Source of the DNA: the human T2T-CHM13v2.0 reference genome, Homo sapiens
Strand: one strand, 5' to 3'
Assembly (NCBI RefSeq): GCF_009914755.1
Contig: NC_060935.1
Length of the DNA: 64,000 nucleotides
Shown: piece after piece, positions 12,608-26,671 of the stretch
Layout of the letters: the number at the start of each line of letters is the position of its first letter
Position numbering within the stretch: position 1 is the first letter of the stretch
The notes under the pieces: model-generated
Seen by the model: only the letters and a program-made list of their open reading frames with translations
The model's database searches: none
What the model was told of the DNA's origin: nothing
Program-made: the position numbers and the translations under genes

Positions 12608-13439
12608 CTTGGGCACGTGAGTGTGCCGCACAGCCCGGGGAAGGGCAGCTGAGGCAGAGGACTTTCCTTGCAGGGGACCAGCCTGGTCTGGGGTCTGGGG
12701 AGAGGGTGTTGAGGAGCAGTGGTCCTCCCAGGGAGCCCGTCTGCCTGAGTGGCAAAAGCAAGGAGCAGGGTAACACTGGCATCTGCAAGCACGTCCTGGA
12801 AGCTGCCTGAGGCCTTCCATCCACACTGAAAGACTCACCTCTCAGCTTGTATCTTTTTTTTCTCTCAAACTTTAAAACAAATAATTTCTTGCCACTCCAA
12901 AAATGCATTCCTGAGAAACTGGATCACGTAACAAACAGATTAGACTGTCAGCCTTCCTAGCTGGATGGGCAGGCAGCACGTCTAGTCCATTTTCCTATTC
13001 CCAGTACTTAGCACAGTTCCTGGTAGCTGGCAGGGGTCAGTGCACTCATTCAGCAAGTATTTATGGGGTGCTTACCATGTGGCAACACAGATCATAACAA
13101 AGTCTCTGATCTCAGGGAGTGTACAGCACTGGGGAGCATGATCACAGTCCCATGAATACATAGGTACATGTGACAGGTGCTGAAAATCTTGGATGAAAGA
13201 ATGGATTCCGTTTCCAGCTCTTTCCATAGCTTTGTAGAAGAGACTCCGGCTTTTTCTGGCTATTGGGAGAGGCAAGGCCATAATCAATATGCCTTTCTTC
13301 CTTTACAAAGATATTATTGACCCACAGGCTTTGAAAACAAAAATTTTCCCTTAGTGAGAAAATATAAATGGATAAGCTTCATCTCCCCTGCCATGCCCTC
13401 TCTCACTCCTGTGACCACCTTGTGACTTCTTGGGTCCCT

Positions 13440-13760
13440 TCCCCCATTGCACCCGCTGTTCCGTCACTCTTGTCTGGGTAGCAAAATCCCACTTATCTAT
13501 CAAGGCCCAGCTCAAATCCTGTCCCTTCTGGGGCAGAGGTCATCTCCCGATAGGTGACCCACCTGCATGCTTTAAATGACTGGGGGAGCACGTATATCAC
13601 AGCATTACGATTATTTGCTCTGTGTTTGTTTTCTGTCTCAGCTGAGCTCCTTGAGGCCAGAGACTTTGTTTTGTCTATCACTGAAGTTCCCAGAGCCTGG
13701 CACGGGACCTCGTCCTTCTTAGATGTTCAACATGTGTGGGATGGATGAACGGATGGGTGG
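13440..13760 (+). mobile_element. L2 3' end
   Basis: caaggcccagctcaaat...gagctccttgaggccagagactttgt...cccagagcctggcac. Confidence 0.65.
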
Positions 13761-14169
13761 GTGGGCAGACGGATAATTAGATGAAGGCTCCGTGCCCGCC
13801 CTTGTGTCATGAAAGATATACACTACAAAGATGGCAACCTAGGACTGAGCTAAGGCCCAGGGACCATGCAAAGGATAGTGTTTCAACAGTGGCTGGCATT
13901 GAGTAGGGCAGCTTTTACGTTTTTATAAATAACCTGAAAAAGGAAGTTCAGACTGAAACTCACACGTCTATGGGTGACACAGAGCTCTTTCGGTAGGGAG
14001 GTTCCATGCCAAAAGGGTAGAGGAGGGGAGGATCCCCTAAGATATGAGTGGGCGGACAAGTGGAAGGTTGCTTCAGCGTGAACAAACTCAAACCACTGTA
14101 TTGACGCGGAAGTTATCTGAGGTATAAGATGGTGCCTCCGGGTGATTAAGTTTGACAAGAAAGCGTCAC

Positions 14170-14960
14170 TTCATTCAATCAATAAATTAAACACCTACTA
14201 TGTGCTGGGCTTTGTGCTCAGGCCTTTACCTCCTACCCTTGAAGATCTCAGAGTCTAATGGAGAAGAATGCTTCCAATGTAGTGGGAAAAATAGACATAG
14301 AAGGAAATAATTAGAGATAAGACTGGAAGGGCTAATAGAAGAATGGTAGAGAGTGCTATGAGACTTCCGAAGAGAGCTGCTCTGCTATCTGTGGTGGGGA
14401 AGTCGGGAGGATTTATTCATTCTGTACTTATTTCATGAATAGTTCAGGGCATTTACCGTGTGCTCAGTTTTGAAGGCACCAAGTTAAACAGATATGGAGT
14501 CTTATCTCCAAAGAGCTTACAGTCCACTGGGAGTGATGGATAGGTAAAGTGTGGGAGGGGCCGTGAGGGGGGATTTGTGATTCAGAAAGGATTTCGCTGA
14601 ATGGTGAAATCTTGACCTAAAGTCATCCTTTAAATTCATTAGGCAGAAAAGGGGGAATGTGGACAATCCCAGCAGAAAAAGCAAAGTGGGCAAAGGTTCA
14701 ACAGAGAGAACACCAGGGTGTGTTTTGGAAACTGCCGAGGCTCCTGGCTGAAGCAGAGGCTGCGGGGTGGGGGTGGTCACCGGAGAGGCAGCTGGGCTGA
14801 CAGGGGCCAGCACAGGCATGGCCAAGGATATGGGGAACCTCTGCAGGATTTTAAGCAGGACAGTGATGTGATCTAGATTAATGGTTAAGAAAGATTATTC
14901 TAGTCTTGGTGGAGGGTGGACTATAAATTGGAGAATGAAAGGGAGAGTGAAACCAGCAGC
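14170..14960 (-). mobile_element. L2 fragments
   Basis: tcattcaatcaataaattaaacacctactatgtgctgggc; ggattttaagcaggacagtgatgtgatc. Confidence 0.6.
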
Positions 14961-15489
14961 CAATAGGACCCCTAAAATCGTCTTAGCAAGAGCTTATGCA
15001 CTGAGAACAGAATGAGTTAATAGACCCAGAACCAGTGGAGTGGAATTGTCCTGATGACACCAGCCAAGGAGTTTGGGGAAATGTTATTCTCTCACTGTGC
15101 ATGTAAGGCACCCTGTGGGGACAGTGCTGAGCTTAGGACCTAGAGGCAGCATCAGATAGGAGGGGAGAAAAATACACCAGAGTCCTGGGGAGTGTGGGCT
15201 GGGCCATGGCTCTGTGTCCTTAGAGAGTTATGAGACTTGACTGAGCCCCCGTTGGGACTGCTGTGAGAAAGAAGCGGGATAACATATTATAAACAATAGC
15301 ATCTGCAGCTGGAGTGATGTTGGGTGGTTTGGGTTCCTGTACGTTTGGAGACAGAGTCAAAGCTGGGGAATGTCTTTAAGCTTCTGAAAGCTTTCTTTAT
15401 AGAGACGCAATGAAAATATTAGAGCTGTTCTATCTGGAAAGTACAAAGGGAGGATGCCAAAGTTTAAGTAAGCTTCATAGCACAGGCAT

Positions 15490-15710
15490 GGAGAGGAACT
15501 CAAACTGCCTGGTTTCAAATCCTGCCTTTGTGACCTAAGATCCATATATTCCCTTGAGTGAGCTATTTAACCTTTCAAAGCCTCTGTTCCCTCATTTGTG
15601 TAACAGGGATAATAATGAGCTGACTGTTGTGAGGGTTAAATGATACAATGCAGGTAAAGAGCATAGTACATACACCACGTTACACATGATAAGCTTGTAA
15701 GTAGCAGCAG
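15490..15710 (+). mobile_element. MIR
   Basis: ggtttcaaatcctgcc...gcctctgttccctcatttgtgtaacagggataataatg...gtgagggttaaatga. Confidence 0.75.
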
Positions 15711-15977
15711 CTATGAAATCATTAACTGGGACAAAAGTCTGCACACTCAGTCCCCCAATCCTGCAAAAGGAGGATCCTGCAAAAGGAGAGCAAGAATACC
15801 TCCCTTGTGTTGGAAGAAACACATTGTGGCAAATAAGAAAAGGTGGAGCGACTTCACATAGTGGTTTAAAACTGACGAAATCCATCATTCCAAACAAATC
15901 GGTGTGGACAACTTCAGACCGTCATTCTGCCTTTCAGCTGTAGGTGGGAGTTGAGTAGCAGCTGCCATCTTTCTTTC

Positions 15978-16095
15978 ATTGTTTTAACTTTTTGGAAATT
16001 ATCAACATTCACAAAAGCAGAGAGGATAGTGTAATGAACCCCCATGTATCTTCATCCAGATTCAGTAACGATCAACATACCTCCAGTCTGGTTTC
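15978..16095 (-). mobile_element. Old L1 (L1M) 3' end fragment
   Basis: ggaaattatcaacattcacaaaagcagagaggatagtgtaatgaacccccatgta. Confidence 0.6.
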
Positions 16096-17414
16096 ATCCC
16101 AGCTGCCCCTATAGACGGGCACGCGCCATCCCAGCTCCCTGTGCACTCGGAGAATTCTCTTCCTTACTTGCTTTTCCCTCAGTGGAAATGGAAAACAGCC
16201 TGTTGTTAATGTCATTTAATCTCAGTTTAGCTTCCTTTAGGTTGGGCTAAATAATTTACGTTTATGCAATTTATTACCACAAAGCATTTCTTGACATTTT
16301 CATCTTCTCCTTGATTCTTTGAATACCTCCATTTCCTCCCGTCCGCAGAAGATTGTGAACCCAGAACAAGACACAAGAGCTCTGTGTGTGTCCATCCAAG
16401 GGTCGCAGTGACGTGAGGCTAAATGCAAGGCCTGCTGCCCACCCAACTCTAAGCGCCTACCAACCCCAAACTGTGTCACAGTCCCTGGGTCTCTTGCACA
16501 CGCTTGTGCTTAATACTGATTTGCCACTTAACAAGTCCCTTGGATGTCAGCAAAAGAGTGAGTACACGGAAGGAAAGAGAGCCCTTGTTTTTTCTTTCTT
16601 TTTTTTAAATTAATTTTTATTTTTTAAAGAACACATCACCTCTGCCAGAACCCTCAACTTTGGCTACGCCTACATGGAGAATGTTTTCATGGCCAAGACA
16701 GTCCACGACAGCTTTATGTTCTCCTGGACCTGGAGAGGTCCCAGCACACTGTGTGCCCCATACTACACATAGCAGTATGTGCATCATCACTGTGAGAGGA
16801 AGAGCCTTCTGCTGACACATCGAAAGTACTCAGATCGGATCCCTTGTGGCTTTGGCTGTCATCAGAAGCCCTCCCCTGAGATACAGCTGAATCATGTACT
16901 GCATGTCTTTAGTTGGTGTCTAATTTGTGGGGCTGGCAGCCTGGAATGTAGTTATTGCAAATGATACTAATCTCTGAGCTGCATTCCAGAGCGAAACTGC
17001 TTCTATGGATGCTATAATTAGCACAGACTTATTATGCATTTACTATATGCAAAGCACTTCATGTATTGGCAACACTTGCCTTAAACCTAGAAAATAATCA
17101 CAATTGTTTGCATTTGCATTGTGCTTTGCATCTTACATCTGTAATATTAACAAAGAAGGCTTATTGGGTGCCAACTGTGCACCACGCATTGAGTCTGTAA
17201 AAACCTCCAAACAACCCTCTCTGTATTGTTCCATTCTCTATTGTCAGAAGCTGAGGGTTAGCTCTATTTAGTGAATTGACCAAGGGCCTCACAACTAGTG
17301 AACAAGGGAACATAATTCAAATCCAGGACTGTGCATCAGTCCATGGGTCTGACCACTGCACCACACTGTCTTCTAACTCTAACAGAGTAATCGCTATTTG
17401 AGAGGTAATCATTC

Positions 17415-17726
17415 TATTTTATTTTATTTTATTTATTTTATTTTAAGACAGAGTCTCGCTCTGTCCCCCAGGCTGCAATGCAGTGGCGCTTTCTCGGCTC
17501 ACTGCAACCTCCGCCTTCTGGGCGCAAGCTATTCTCGTGCCTCAGCTTCCCAAATAGCTGGGATTACAGGCATGCGTCACCACACCAGGCTAATTTTTAT
17601 ATTTTTAGTAGAGATGGGTTTTTGCCATCTTGGCCAGGCTGGTCTCAAACTCCTGGCCTCAAGTGATATGCCGGCTTTGGCTTCCCAAAGTGCTGGGATT
17701 ACAGGTGTGAGCCACTGCTCCTGGCC
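17415..17726 (-). mobile_element. Alu (S/J-like), full length
   Basis: Alu consensus; TSD aggtaatcattct. Confidence 0.95.
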
Positions 17727-20700
17727 AAGGTAATCATTCTTAAACCACTTTTATAGATGAGATGCCAATGCCCAGAGAGATTTTCTTCAAATCCTGCTGA
17801 TAAATAGCAGAGCCAAGGCTCAAAGTCAGATCCTGTGACCCCATATTCAGTGTTTCTGAGTGCAACACCTGTTCCTCAGGCCGATGCTGCCTGGGCTAGG
17901 GGAACGGCTCATCACCACTGGCCTCCTCCCACTGTTGAGATAAGGCTCAGTTGCAGGGCCCCCCCACCTTTCTTCTTTACTTCCGGCATATTGCTCAGGC
18001 TGGTTGGGAGGGACAAGTTTAAAGAACACATCGGCTGGGTGGAACCGGGAGGGACACACTCAAAGTTACAATGTACCCTCAGTTACCCCCACAGAATGTT
18101 GTTGTGATTTTGACCCAAACCCCCAAAGCTACAACAACTTCACCTTAGCTTACTGGCACACTAGTATTATGTGTGTTAAGGGCAAGTGACTGATTATTTT
18201 ACTCTCCATGAGGTAAGGAACCAAATTCCATCCATCCTGAAGAGAAAGGGAAAAAGAATTATTTCCAAAGGATCCTCATGAAATGAATCTGGAGAAGTTA
18301 AGAACCCAGATACTGCCTGCCTTGCACCTGATGGTGGTTAATAGCCGTTTTGCATCTCTAGAGTCCATTTTTCATAATGCATTGAAGGCTAACCTAGTAA
18401 GCTCAGAGTGACGATCCTGATTGCTTGCGTTTTAAGATCCTAGTCCAAGCTCTACTTCTGTCAAGATAGAGAAGCTGGGGACAAGTCACTTGAACATAGA
18501 GTCCCCTCCTTCTCCACCAGGAAGACGCAAATGCTTGCCCCTCTTGTCAGCCTCTTAGGAAGGCTGGAGAAACAGGCAATCATGTGAACATGCCTTGAGA
18601 TCCTTGACAGAAGGATACAGAAACTCATTTTATTATCATTTTCCCTGAGAAAGGTGCATTGAACACTGACAGTGGGATTATTGAGATAGAGTTGAGCGAA
18701 CATCAGCATTTCAGTGCCTGACAAGACGGATGTGTACCTGCAGGTAGGCGGAAAGAACCGTACCACGCGCCTGGGTTTTGGGCCATGTTGTTTACGCTTC
18801 CCGGCCTCTCATTCATGTTTTGGGAAAGTGCATAATTTATTGCAGTGCTTTGGCCAACAACAAAGAGCTTTTTAAGTTACACCTGGCAGCATTTATCTTA
18901 TTATAATGGAAAAATTAGATATTATTTCACTGTGTGGATGAGATAATCGGGTCCCTAAAATGTGAAATTCCAATTCTCTTGCACTGAGGAGTGTCTTCCC
19001 AGAAGCCTCCTGAATGCTCCTTGGGAGAATGCGGTCCACGCCCCAGGAGCTAAGAAGCAGTGAGGTGTGTCACACTCCTTCTCTGCCCTCCCATCTCTGT
19101 CGTCATCTGTCCATTGGAGGCTCATTGCAGTCTGAAATTGGATGTGGCTTGTCAGGGAGATGCTGGCAGCCTGGCCAGCAGCCGGCTTCAGGGCCACCAA
19201 CAGAGCCCACCTCCTGGCTCCAGCCTACCCTATAATTAGGTGTTTTAATTGGGTGCTCTGTTTATACTCGGCCAGAACTGTTGTGCTGGCTGAGGCCTCA
19301 CACAGGCAATGCTGCCTGGCTGCAACCTGTTCTCCCCTGGGAAGATGGTGTTTATTATGAAGGGAATGGAGTCTGGAGCCACACACCCAGGCCTTCTGCA
19401 GTGGACTGGGAGCCTGGCTTATTTTCCTAGAGAATCCTGGCTGACCATAGTGCTCCACTATTCATTAGAATGCTGATTTTAGGAAACTGTGCTCCACATC
19501 ACATCCATCATTGTATCTCACGTTAGCTCCATCAGCCTTCTCCAGTGAGAGAAACCTCTAGATGAGTCATGGAGGTTTGATCTAGGGTGAGACCAATTGC
19601 TACAACCAAAAGTAGTCAGCTCTCCAAAGAAGAGCCACAAGTAACTAAAACTCTATGTCCTTTTGGCTGGGCTGGAATTATATAAACCTAAAGTATAAAA
19701 AAAGGGAAAATTAATTATTTTAACTTAATAAACAAAAGGTATTTGAAATTTTTATACTAAAACAGGGTTTTCATTGAAGGAATAGTATAGTCTACCTGTA
19801 TAAAGCTAAACTGTCTTTTCAAACCAAATTTTCTTCCTGTCTTGCCTCGCTGTCCCTATCAATCTGGCCCCATCTAACCCCAGGCCTTCAGGGTCAACCA
19901 TCCATCCCCATCCCTCCCCATCCCTTGGTACCCCTAAGATGCCAAGCACTGCCTAAGCACACTCTCTTTGAGTGTTGTCTAGTGCTATTGAGGAGATAAG
20001 ACACACAAAACAATCAGAAAAAAAGTCCACATGGGAGAACATGTTATAATGTGCGAGGCCAGGTGGGCATTAAGAATGATAGGGTTATAGGGGGCGCGAG
20101 TTAGAGACAGTGAACTCAAGGGACCAGGTGCAATTTGCAGAGCTAGAAGAAGGAAAGGCATGGGTGGGACCTGGGTCACACTTGTAACAGGAATAAGGCT
20201 TCTCGCCTCAGGAAGCTCCTGCAAAATGAAGTAGCAGCTTCCTAAGCAAACAGGGCACGATGCAGCAGCAAATACAAGAAGGAGTTTGGTCTTGATCTTA
20301 CGGGCAGTAGGGATCCATTTTAGTCTTTGCAGCATTGGCACATGATCCTAGTGGTATTTTGGCAGAATTATTTTCTTGGAGGCATGCATGATGGAATGAA
20401 GTATGATCCCAAGGCAGGGAGAGCCGTTGAAAGAGGCAGCTAAAATATTCTCAAGGATTATGACAGTGGGACTCGAAAGCGACTTGAGGGCAAGGTCAGT
20501 AACACAGACATCTAACCCTTGATAGTCTCCAGAGTGTGTTCCGTTATATTTTCATGTGATTCATACAAACAACCAACCTTTGAGGATAGTATTATTATTA
20601 CCCTCATTTTACCGACTGAAGAGACTGAGACTCAAAGGGGCTGATGGACCTCACCTGCCCTTCTGTTTGGAACCCGTGCTAGAACCTGGGTCTTTTCTTT

Positions 20701-20859
20701 CCCAATCCTCTGTTCCTCCCAATACATTCAGCTGCCTCTTCTCTTATTGTTGTTGTTTTTCATATTCCTGGTAGCGCTCAGCCTAGGAAAATACATATGA
20801 ATGCTCAAAAAACATCTTCAAGTATGAACACTAGAAAAAAAAAAAAAACTCGAGTTTCT

Positions 20860-21166
20860 GGCCAGGTGCTGTGGCTCGCGCCTGTAACCCCAGCATTTTG
20901 GGAGGCCGAGGCGGGCGGATCACCTAAGGTCAGGAGTTGAAGACCAGCCTGGCTCCTGGTCAACATGGTGAAACCCCGTCTCTACTAAAAATACAAAAAT
21001 TAGATGGGTGTGGTTTCGTGTGCCTGTACTCCCAGCTACTCAGCAGGCTGAGGCAGGAGAATGGCTTGAACCTAGGAGGCAGAGGTTGCAGTGAGCCGAG
21101 ATTGTGCCACTGCACTCCAGCCTGGGCAATGGAGTGAGACTCCACCTCAAAAAAAGAAAAGAAAAA
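20860..21166 (+). mobile_element. Alu (Sx-like)
   Basis: Alu consensus, A tail; flanked by gagtttct repeats. Confidence 0.95.
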
Positions 21167-21173
21167 TCCCTGA

Positions 21174-21537
<364 letters not shown>

Positions 21538-21651
21538 TAACATGCCTTCACCAGGGAATACTACAGTATTCCCTGCCCTATCTAAACTGTCTATCCATGA
21601 ATTCAATAAATGCATTCGACAAATCAAGTGCCTTCCCTGTGAAACTCCTAG

Positions 21652-21820
21652 TGCAGCAATGTCCAGCCGAATGTTCTGTGATGATGGGAAGGTTTCATAT
21701 CTGCACTCTCTGACATGGTAGCCACTAGCACCTGAAACATGGCCAGTGTGATGTGGAACTGAATGTTCAGTTTTATTCAGCATGTGGCTAGTGGTTAGCA
21801 TTTTGGCCGCTGCACGTCTA
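21652..21820. mobile_element. MER3-like hAT MITE
   Basis: tgtccagccgaatgttctgtgatgatggg...ggtagccactagc...catgtggctagtgg internal inverted structure. Confidence 0.7.
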
Positions 21821-24800
21821 ATGGAATGGTTTTACAGTCAATAGTGAGGAGAACTCCAAAGGTTACCCTCAATTGCTAACAAAGACAAATTACAGGGGAA
21901 ATGAGTCTTTTCCTAGGAAAAAGGGAGCCTGCCTTTCTGGCTTATCAATGCCACTCCAGAAGTGAAGACGGATGTTTCAGGCTTCTCTGTCTTCTGCTCA
22001 AGGAAACTGTCTTCCTGATGAGCTAAAATTGGTAACTCATTTTCCTGAAGAATCATTCTTTTGGGGTCTTTACTAGTGAACATAGAACAGTAATTGGAGG
22101 ATCCCAACCTGTATTACATCTGGGAGGACATCTGGATGGTCAGTCCATGCATGAGTGGCTTGGATAGTGAGTGTCTGGTATCTTCTAGCTGGGATGAACA
22201 GCATTAGGCTTGAGGCTGCCACCTGGAAGGAGGTGCTAGAGTTTGAAATGGCTGCTTTATGTTGCATTGGGTGTTGTGAGTGTGATTCCTGCTTTGGCAT
22301 CTGGCCTTGGTTCCCACTGAGGATTCTCCATGAACCCCTTACTCCCTGAAGGCTGTTCTTCATCATCAGCCCACACCTCAGCCACTCATGGTGATCTAAG
22401 GTTAAGGAAACCGCCCAACTTCCTCCCTCTGGTGGACAGAAAAAGAAGAGAATCCGCAGCACACAGAAACTCATAGGCTATCAGAGCTGGAAGGGGCCCT
22501 TGAGATCCACGTAAGCCCCTTTTCATTTTTCATGACCCCTGGAAGGTTGGAGGACTTGCCCAAGGTCATACCGCTAGTGACAGAGCAGGACTAGACCCCT
22601 GACTGTACCACCAGCTCGGTCCTCCTCCTAGAGCTGCACGATAGTCAAAAGGGGTGGAAAGAAGGCTCACGTTGGAGCGGTGGAATGGGCACTTGACACG
22701 GACTTAAATGTAAGCTCTGCGCCAAGTCACTGGGACCTTAAAGAAGCCATTGTTCTCTCTAAGCCTTGGTTCCCTCCACCATGCAATGGAGAGAAGTCAG
22801 ACTACACGGTTCTCTCTTTTCATGGTTCAACGCTGAATAATCTCTGTGTGGGTTTCAATGATGCCCCAGAGCTCTTAAGCATATGTAGTGAAAGCTAATA
22901 CCCACTGTCATTCTCACATTGCACGTCACCAGGAGTTCAGTTTAATACATGAGCACAAGGACGTGCAGCTCCACTCCCATCTCTCAGAGTCTCGGTTTCC
23001 CACCTCGCCCATGCAGAAGGCTCCGGTAACCCACATAGCAGTTGGCCTTTTGGCTTATAGCCTTCTGTGGAAAAGACTTGAACATTTTCTTCTATCTTAT
23101 GGAAAGCGAGGATCAGGTTATCGCTTTGGCAAGCAGAGGGAACAACCGGGACAGGAGGGTGTGGCCACATGGAGTGCTGGTCTGACACCGAGGAGCTTTG
23201 CCTGGCCAGGTTCAAAAAAGCCTCCACCATGAATGAAAATGGCTCTGCAGGGAAAAGGCATGCTCTCTGCTCCTGGGTTGTACCAAAGCGGCTCTCAGCC
23301 CTGAGCTGCTTATCTCTCCCTCCCACTCTGTGAGGGAGGCCATATCAGTAAGGAGGAAGCAAGGCAGGGAGAATTGACTCATTTCGGATCCTCCTCTGAA
23401 CTGGGGACAGAAGTCAAATTAGGCTTTGTCAACTCAGGCTTTGTCGACTCAGGCCCGAGGTCCGATAATTTTAAGATTGGGTATCTATTAAGATAAAAAA
23501 GAAAACTTATGGCTAAAGATAACCCTGGCATAAACATAGGTAATTAATTATAATCTGCTTTTTTCCCATACTCACTGATTAATTTGATTGTCTGTTTCCT
23601 GGGGCTTAGAGCTAATTACAGGAGTCTTTTGTACCTAAACATTGCAGTGTTCCTCTCCCCATTACCACGGAAGGCACTGAACACAGGAGTTCCTGGGCAG
23701 TTCATGAGCTGGTTATGGAAGAGGGTCAATTAATTAGGACGGAAGGAATCCATCCCGATTTAGGCATAAGCATTAACACATACGTGTTGGCCTAACAGGA
23801 ATCAAGGCTGACTGTATTCAGGGGCAGCATTTGAGTGTGGCAATAAGAATGAACTATGAGGAAAATTCTCAAGAGCTTTTGGCCTTGACAACCATGGAGA
23901 GTTACCTAGAGCTGAATTGAGTCCTCTTTGTAGTCCAGAAATGTGAAACTGACTACATCTCGATAATTAGAGCCAGTAACTGGATTCTTACCCTTGCACA
24001 TTTGTAAGCTGAAGCTTAATACTGCCTCTTTCTTTAAGCCTCAGCTTCCTGGTCTTTAAAATTTGCCTTCAAGGCCTGCCCTGAGGATTAAATAAAATAT
24101 TGCTACATGAGCAAATGTGCCTAGTACAGTGCAAGATACACAGTCCTTCTTACACTGCCTTTTTTTCCTGCCTCATCCCCTCTACACCCCATTTATTTCC
24201 AGTGTCTGGTTCCTAAATGTCAGGGAAGGGGCCATTTCTGCCTCTTTCACATTACTGATGGTTCTAGCTTCTATCAAAGGCTGTGGTGCCCCAGTGTGGA
24301 GGGCTGTGGTAGGCCCTAGGGGCAGCCACTGTGGAGGAAGTCAAAGGAGGAAGTTAGACCTCAGGCAAGGAGGGCTAAGCTGTGAACAGGAACAACCCAT
24401 CTCCCCTGCCATGACCATACTGCAGAGCCAAAGGCAAGCTGAGTGGTTATCTCTTAGGCTGCTCCCTATGAAGGGGGTCCTCAAGCCTCTCAGCAAATTA
24501 ACACTGGACCAAAGAGGTTGCACTCGATCCAGTGGAAATTAAGAAGCACAGTCTAAGCAAAAAAGACAGAGACTCAGCATGGTAATGTGCCAAGAGCACA
24601 ATTTGGGGAGTTAGGAGACCTGGCTTCCTGTCCCCATCAAATCACTTGCCTCCGCGGGTCTTAGTTCCTCATCTGTAACGTGAGAGGATTGAAGTAAGTG
24701 ATCTTAGTCTCCAAGGCCTGAAATTCTGTGAGCATCGTATCCTAAATATCGTATCTTAATATATATACTATTATTCGATCTAAAATCAGAACCTAAGTAT

Positions 24801-24874
24801 CTTTGCCTACACGCACATGCACTTACTGTCACACCAAGGGATGTCCCGATGCAGTACTGGGCATGTTACTGTAG

Positions 24875-25207
24875 ATATTATGGACTCAACATTTGTGTTC
24901 CCCCCAAATTCATATGCTGAAATCCTTACCTCCAAGGTGATGATATCAGGAGGTTGAGTCCTCATGAACGGGATAGTCCCCTTGTGAAAGAAACCCCAGA
25001 GAGCTCTCTCCCCTTCTTTTCACCGTGTGAGGCTATAAGAAGTTGGCAGTCTGCATCCTGGAAGGGGCCCCTCCCCAGAGCTCAGTCATGCTGGCACCCT
25101 GAGCTTGGTCCGATAGCCTCCAGAACAGTGAGAAATACATTTCTATTGTCCATGAGCCACCCCAGTCTATGGCACTTTGTCGTAGAAGCACAAATGAATG
25201 AAGACAG
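24875..25207 (+). mobile_element. MaLR LTR (MLT1A/MSTD-like)
   Basis: tatggactcaacatttgtgttccccccaaattcatatgctgaaatcc ... cctccagaacagtgagaaatacatttct ... aagaca. Confidence 0.8.
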
Positions 25208-25369
25208 CATATACCTGATACATCTAGATATTTCATGCTGTGTTGTGTTAAACAAATGGGCTGTATATTCTCAATCCATAGTATACAATTAATAATCACC
25301 TTTCAGTCCCTGTTTTCCTCCCTCCTAAGGCATTGAGGGAGGAGGGCTCAGGAGGGGTAAGAGTTCTGA

Positions 25370-25705
<336 letters not shown>

Positions 25706-26660
25706 GACAAGACCTTCTTTAAACACTCAACCACTCCTTTTGAGTCGAAGCTTCCTGGGGGCCCTTCGTCTGGCAAGGGCTTAGGTGTCTTTACCAAGTG
25801 CCAAATTGCCAGATTCCCTGAGCGCTGGGAACTGAGGCCCAGAAGGAAGGCGAAGATGTGGCCGGGGGTGGGGCCGGTCTGGGGGGTATCGTAGTTGGGC
25901 CAGCAGACACACGGCTGGCTAGAGAGTTTTGGACCCCTCTCACTTCCTGGCGTGTTTGGTCAAGTCCCATTTATAATATGTAAAGTACTCCCATAAAGGG
26001 GGATGCAGTAAATAATTTCAGGAAATTGAGCGTAACCTTTCTTAGCAGCTTAGCAGTGGTGGAACGGGCAGAGTAGAATTTCCTGAGATTTCAGCTGCAG
26101 AGTAAGCCTCCAGAGCATCTGCCAGGAACTGTTTTACCAAAAGATTCCCTCCAGGAGCTTCCCAGACAGGCCTAGCCTGCTTAGAGTCGGGACAGCTGGA
26201 AAGGGCAGTCAGTGGTGGGGGCGGAGGGGGCACCCAGTGGCCGTAGAACACCGACCCTGTGCCAAACTCAGAGCTAAGCATGTCACATAACCCTAACAGC
26301 TGGTGTGAATCTCCTTTCGTTTACATATGTGGGGACTGAGATTAGATGGGTTAGGTCTGTGCGATTATAAGTAGATGCACCTGCCACTCCACGCCACTCT
26401 ACTCCCTCCCTTAAGTTGCCAAGCTTTAACTCTCAGCCTAGAAGGACTTAAATCAAGTTTTAACTGATGGCAGGAGCGAAATGCAATGAATTCAGATCAG
26501 CAATTTCCACTGGTTATGGGATTGGGATCTTCCATCTCTTGCATTAAATGCCTAGGTTACCCTTTAGTGCTGAGCTTGGTCATACCAGGTCATTTCAGCC
26601 AATGCTCACTCTTCCTTTCCTATTTCACTCTTCCTGAAAAGCTAGGTGTTTTCACTTTTT

Positions 26661-26671
26661 ATGACTCAGCA
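26661..26671. promoter_or_regulatory. NF-E2/NRF2-sMaf (ARE) consensus motif ATGACTCAGCA
   Basis: Exact motif match only; occupancy unknown. Confidence 0.4.

Noticed and set aside
11672-12908. His/Thr- and Cys/Val-rich ORFs up to 208 aa
   Set aside because: Stop-poor reading of the TG/CA low-complexity tract
15758-15788. Tandem duplication atcctgcaaaaggag x2 (similar small ones at 260-284 and 3540-3572)
   Set aside because: Ordinary slippage duplications with no sign of function
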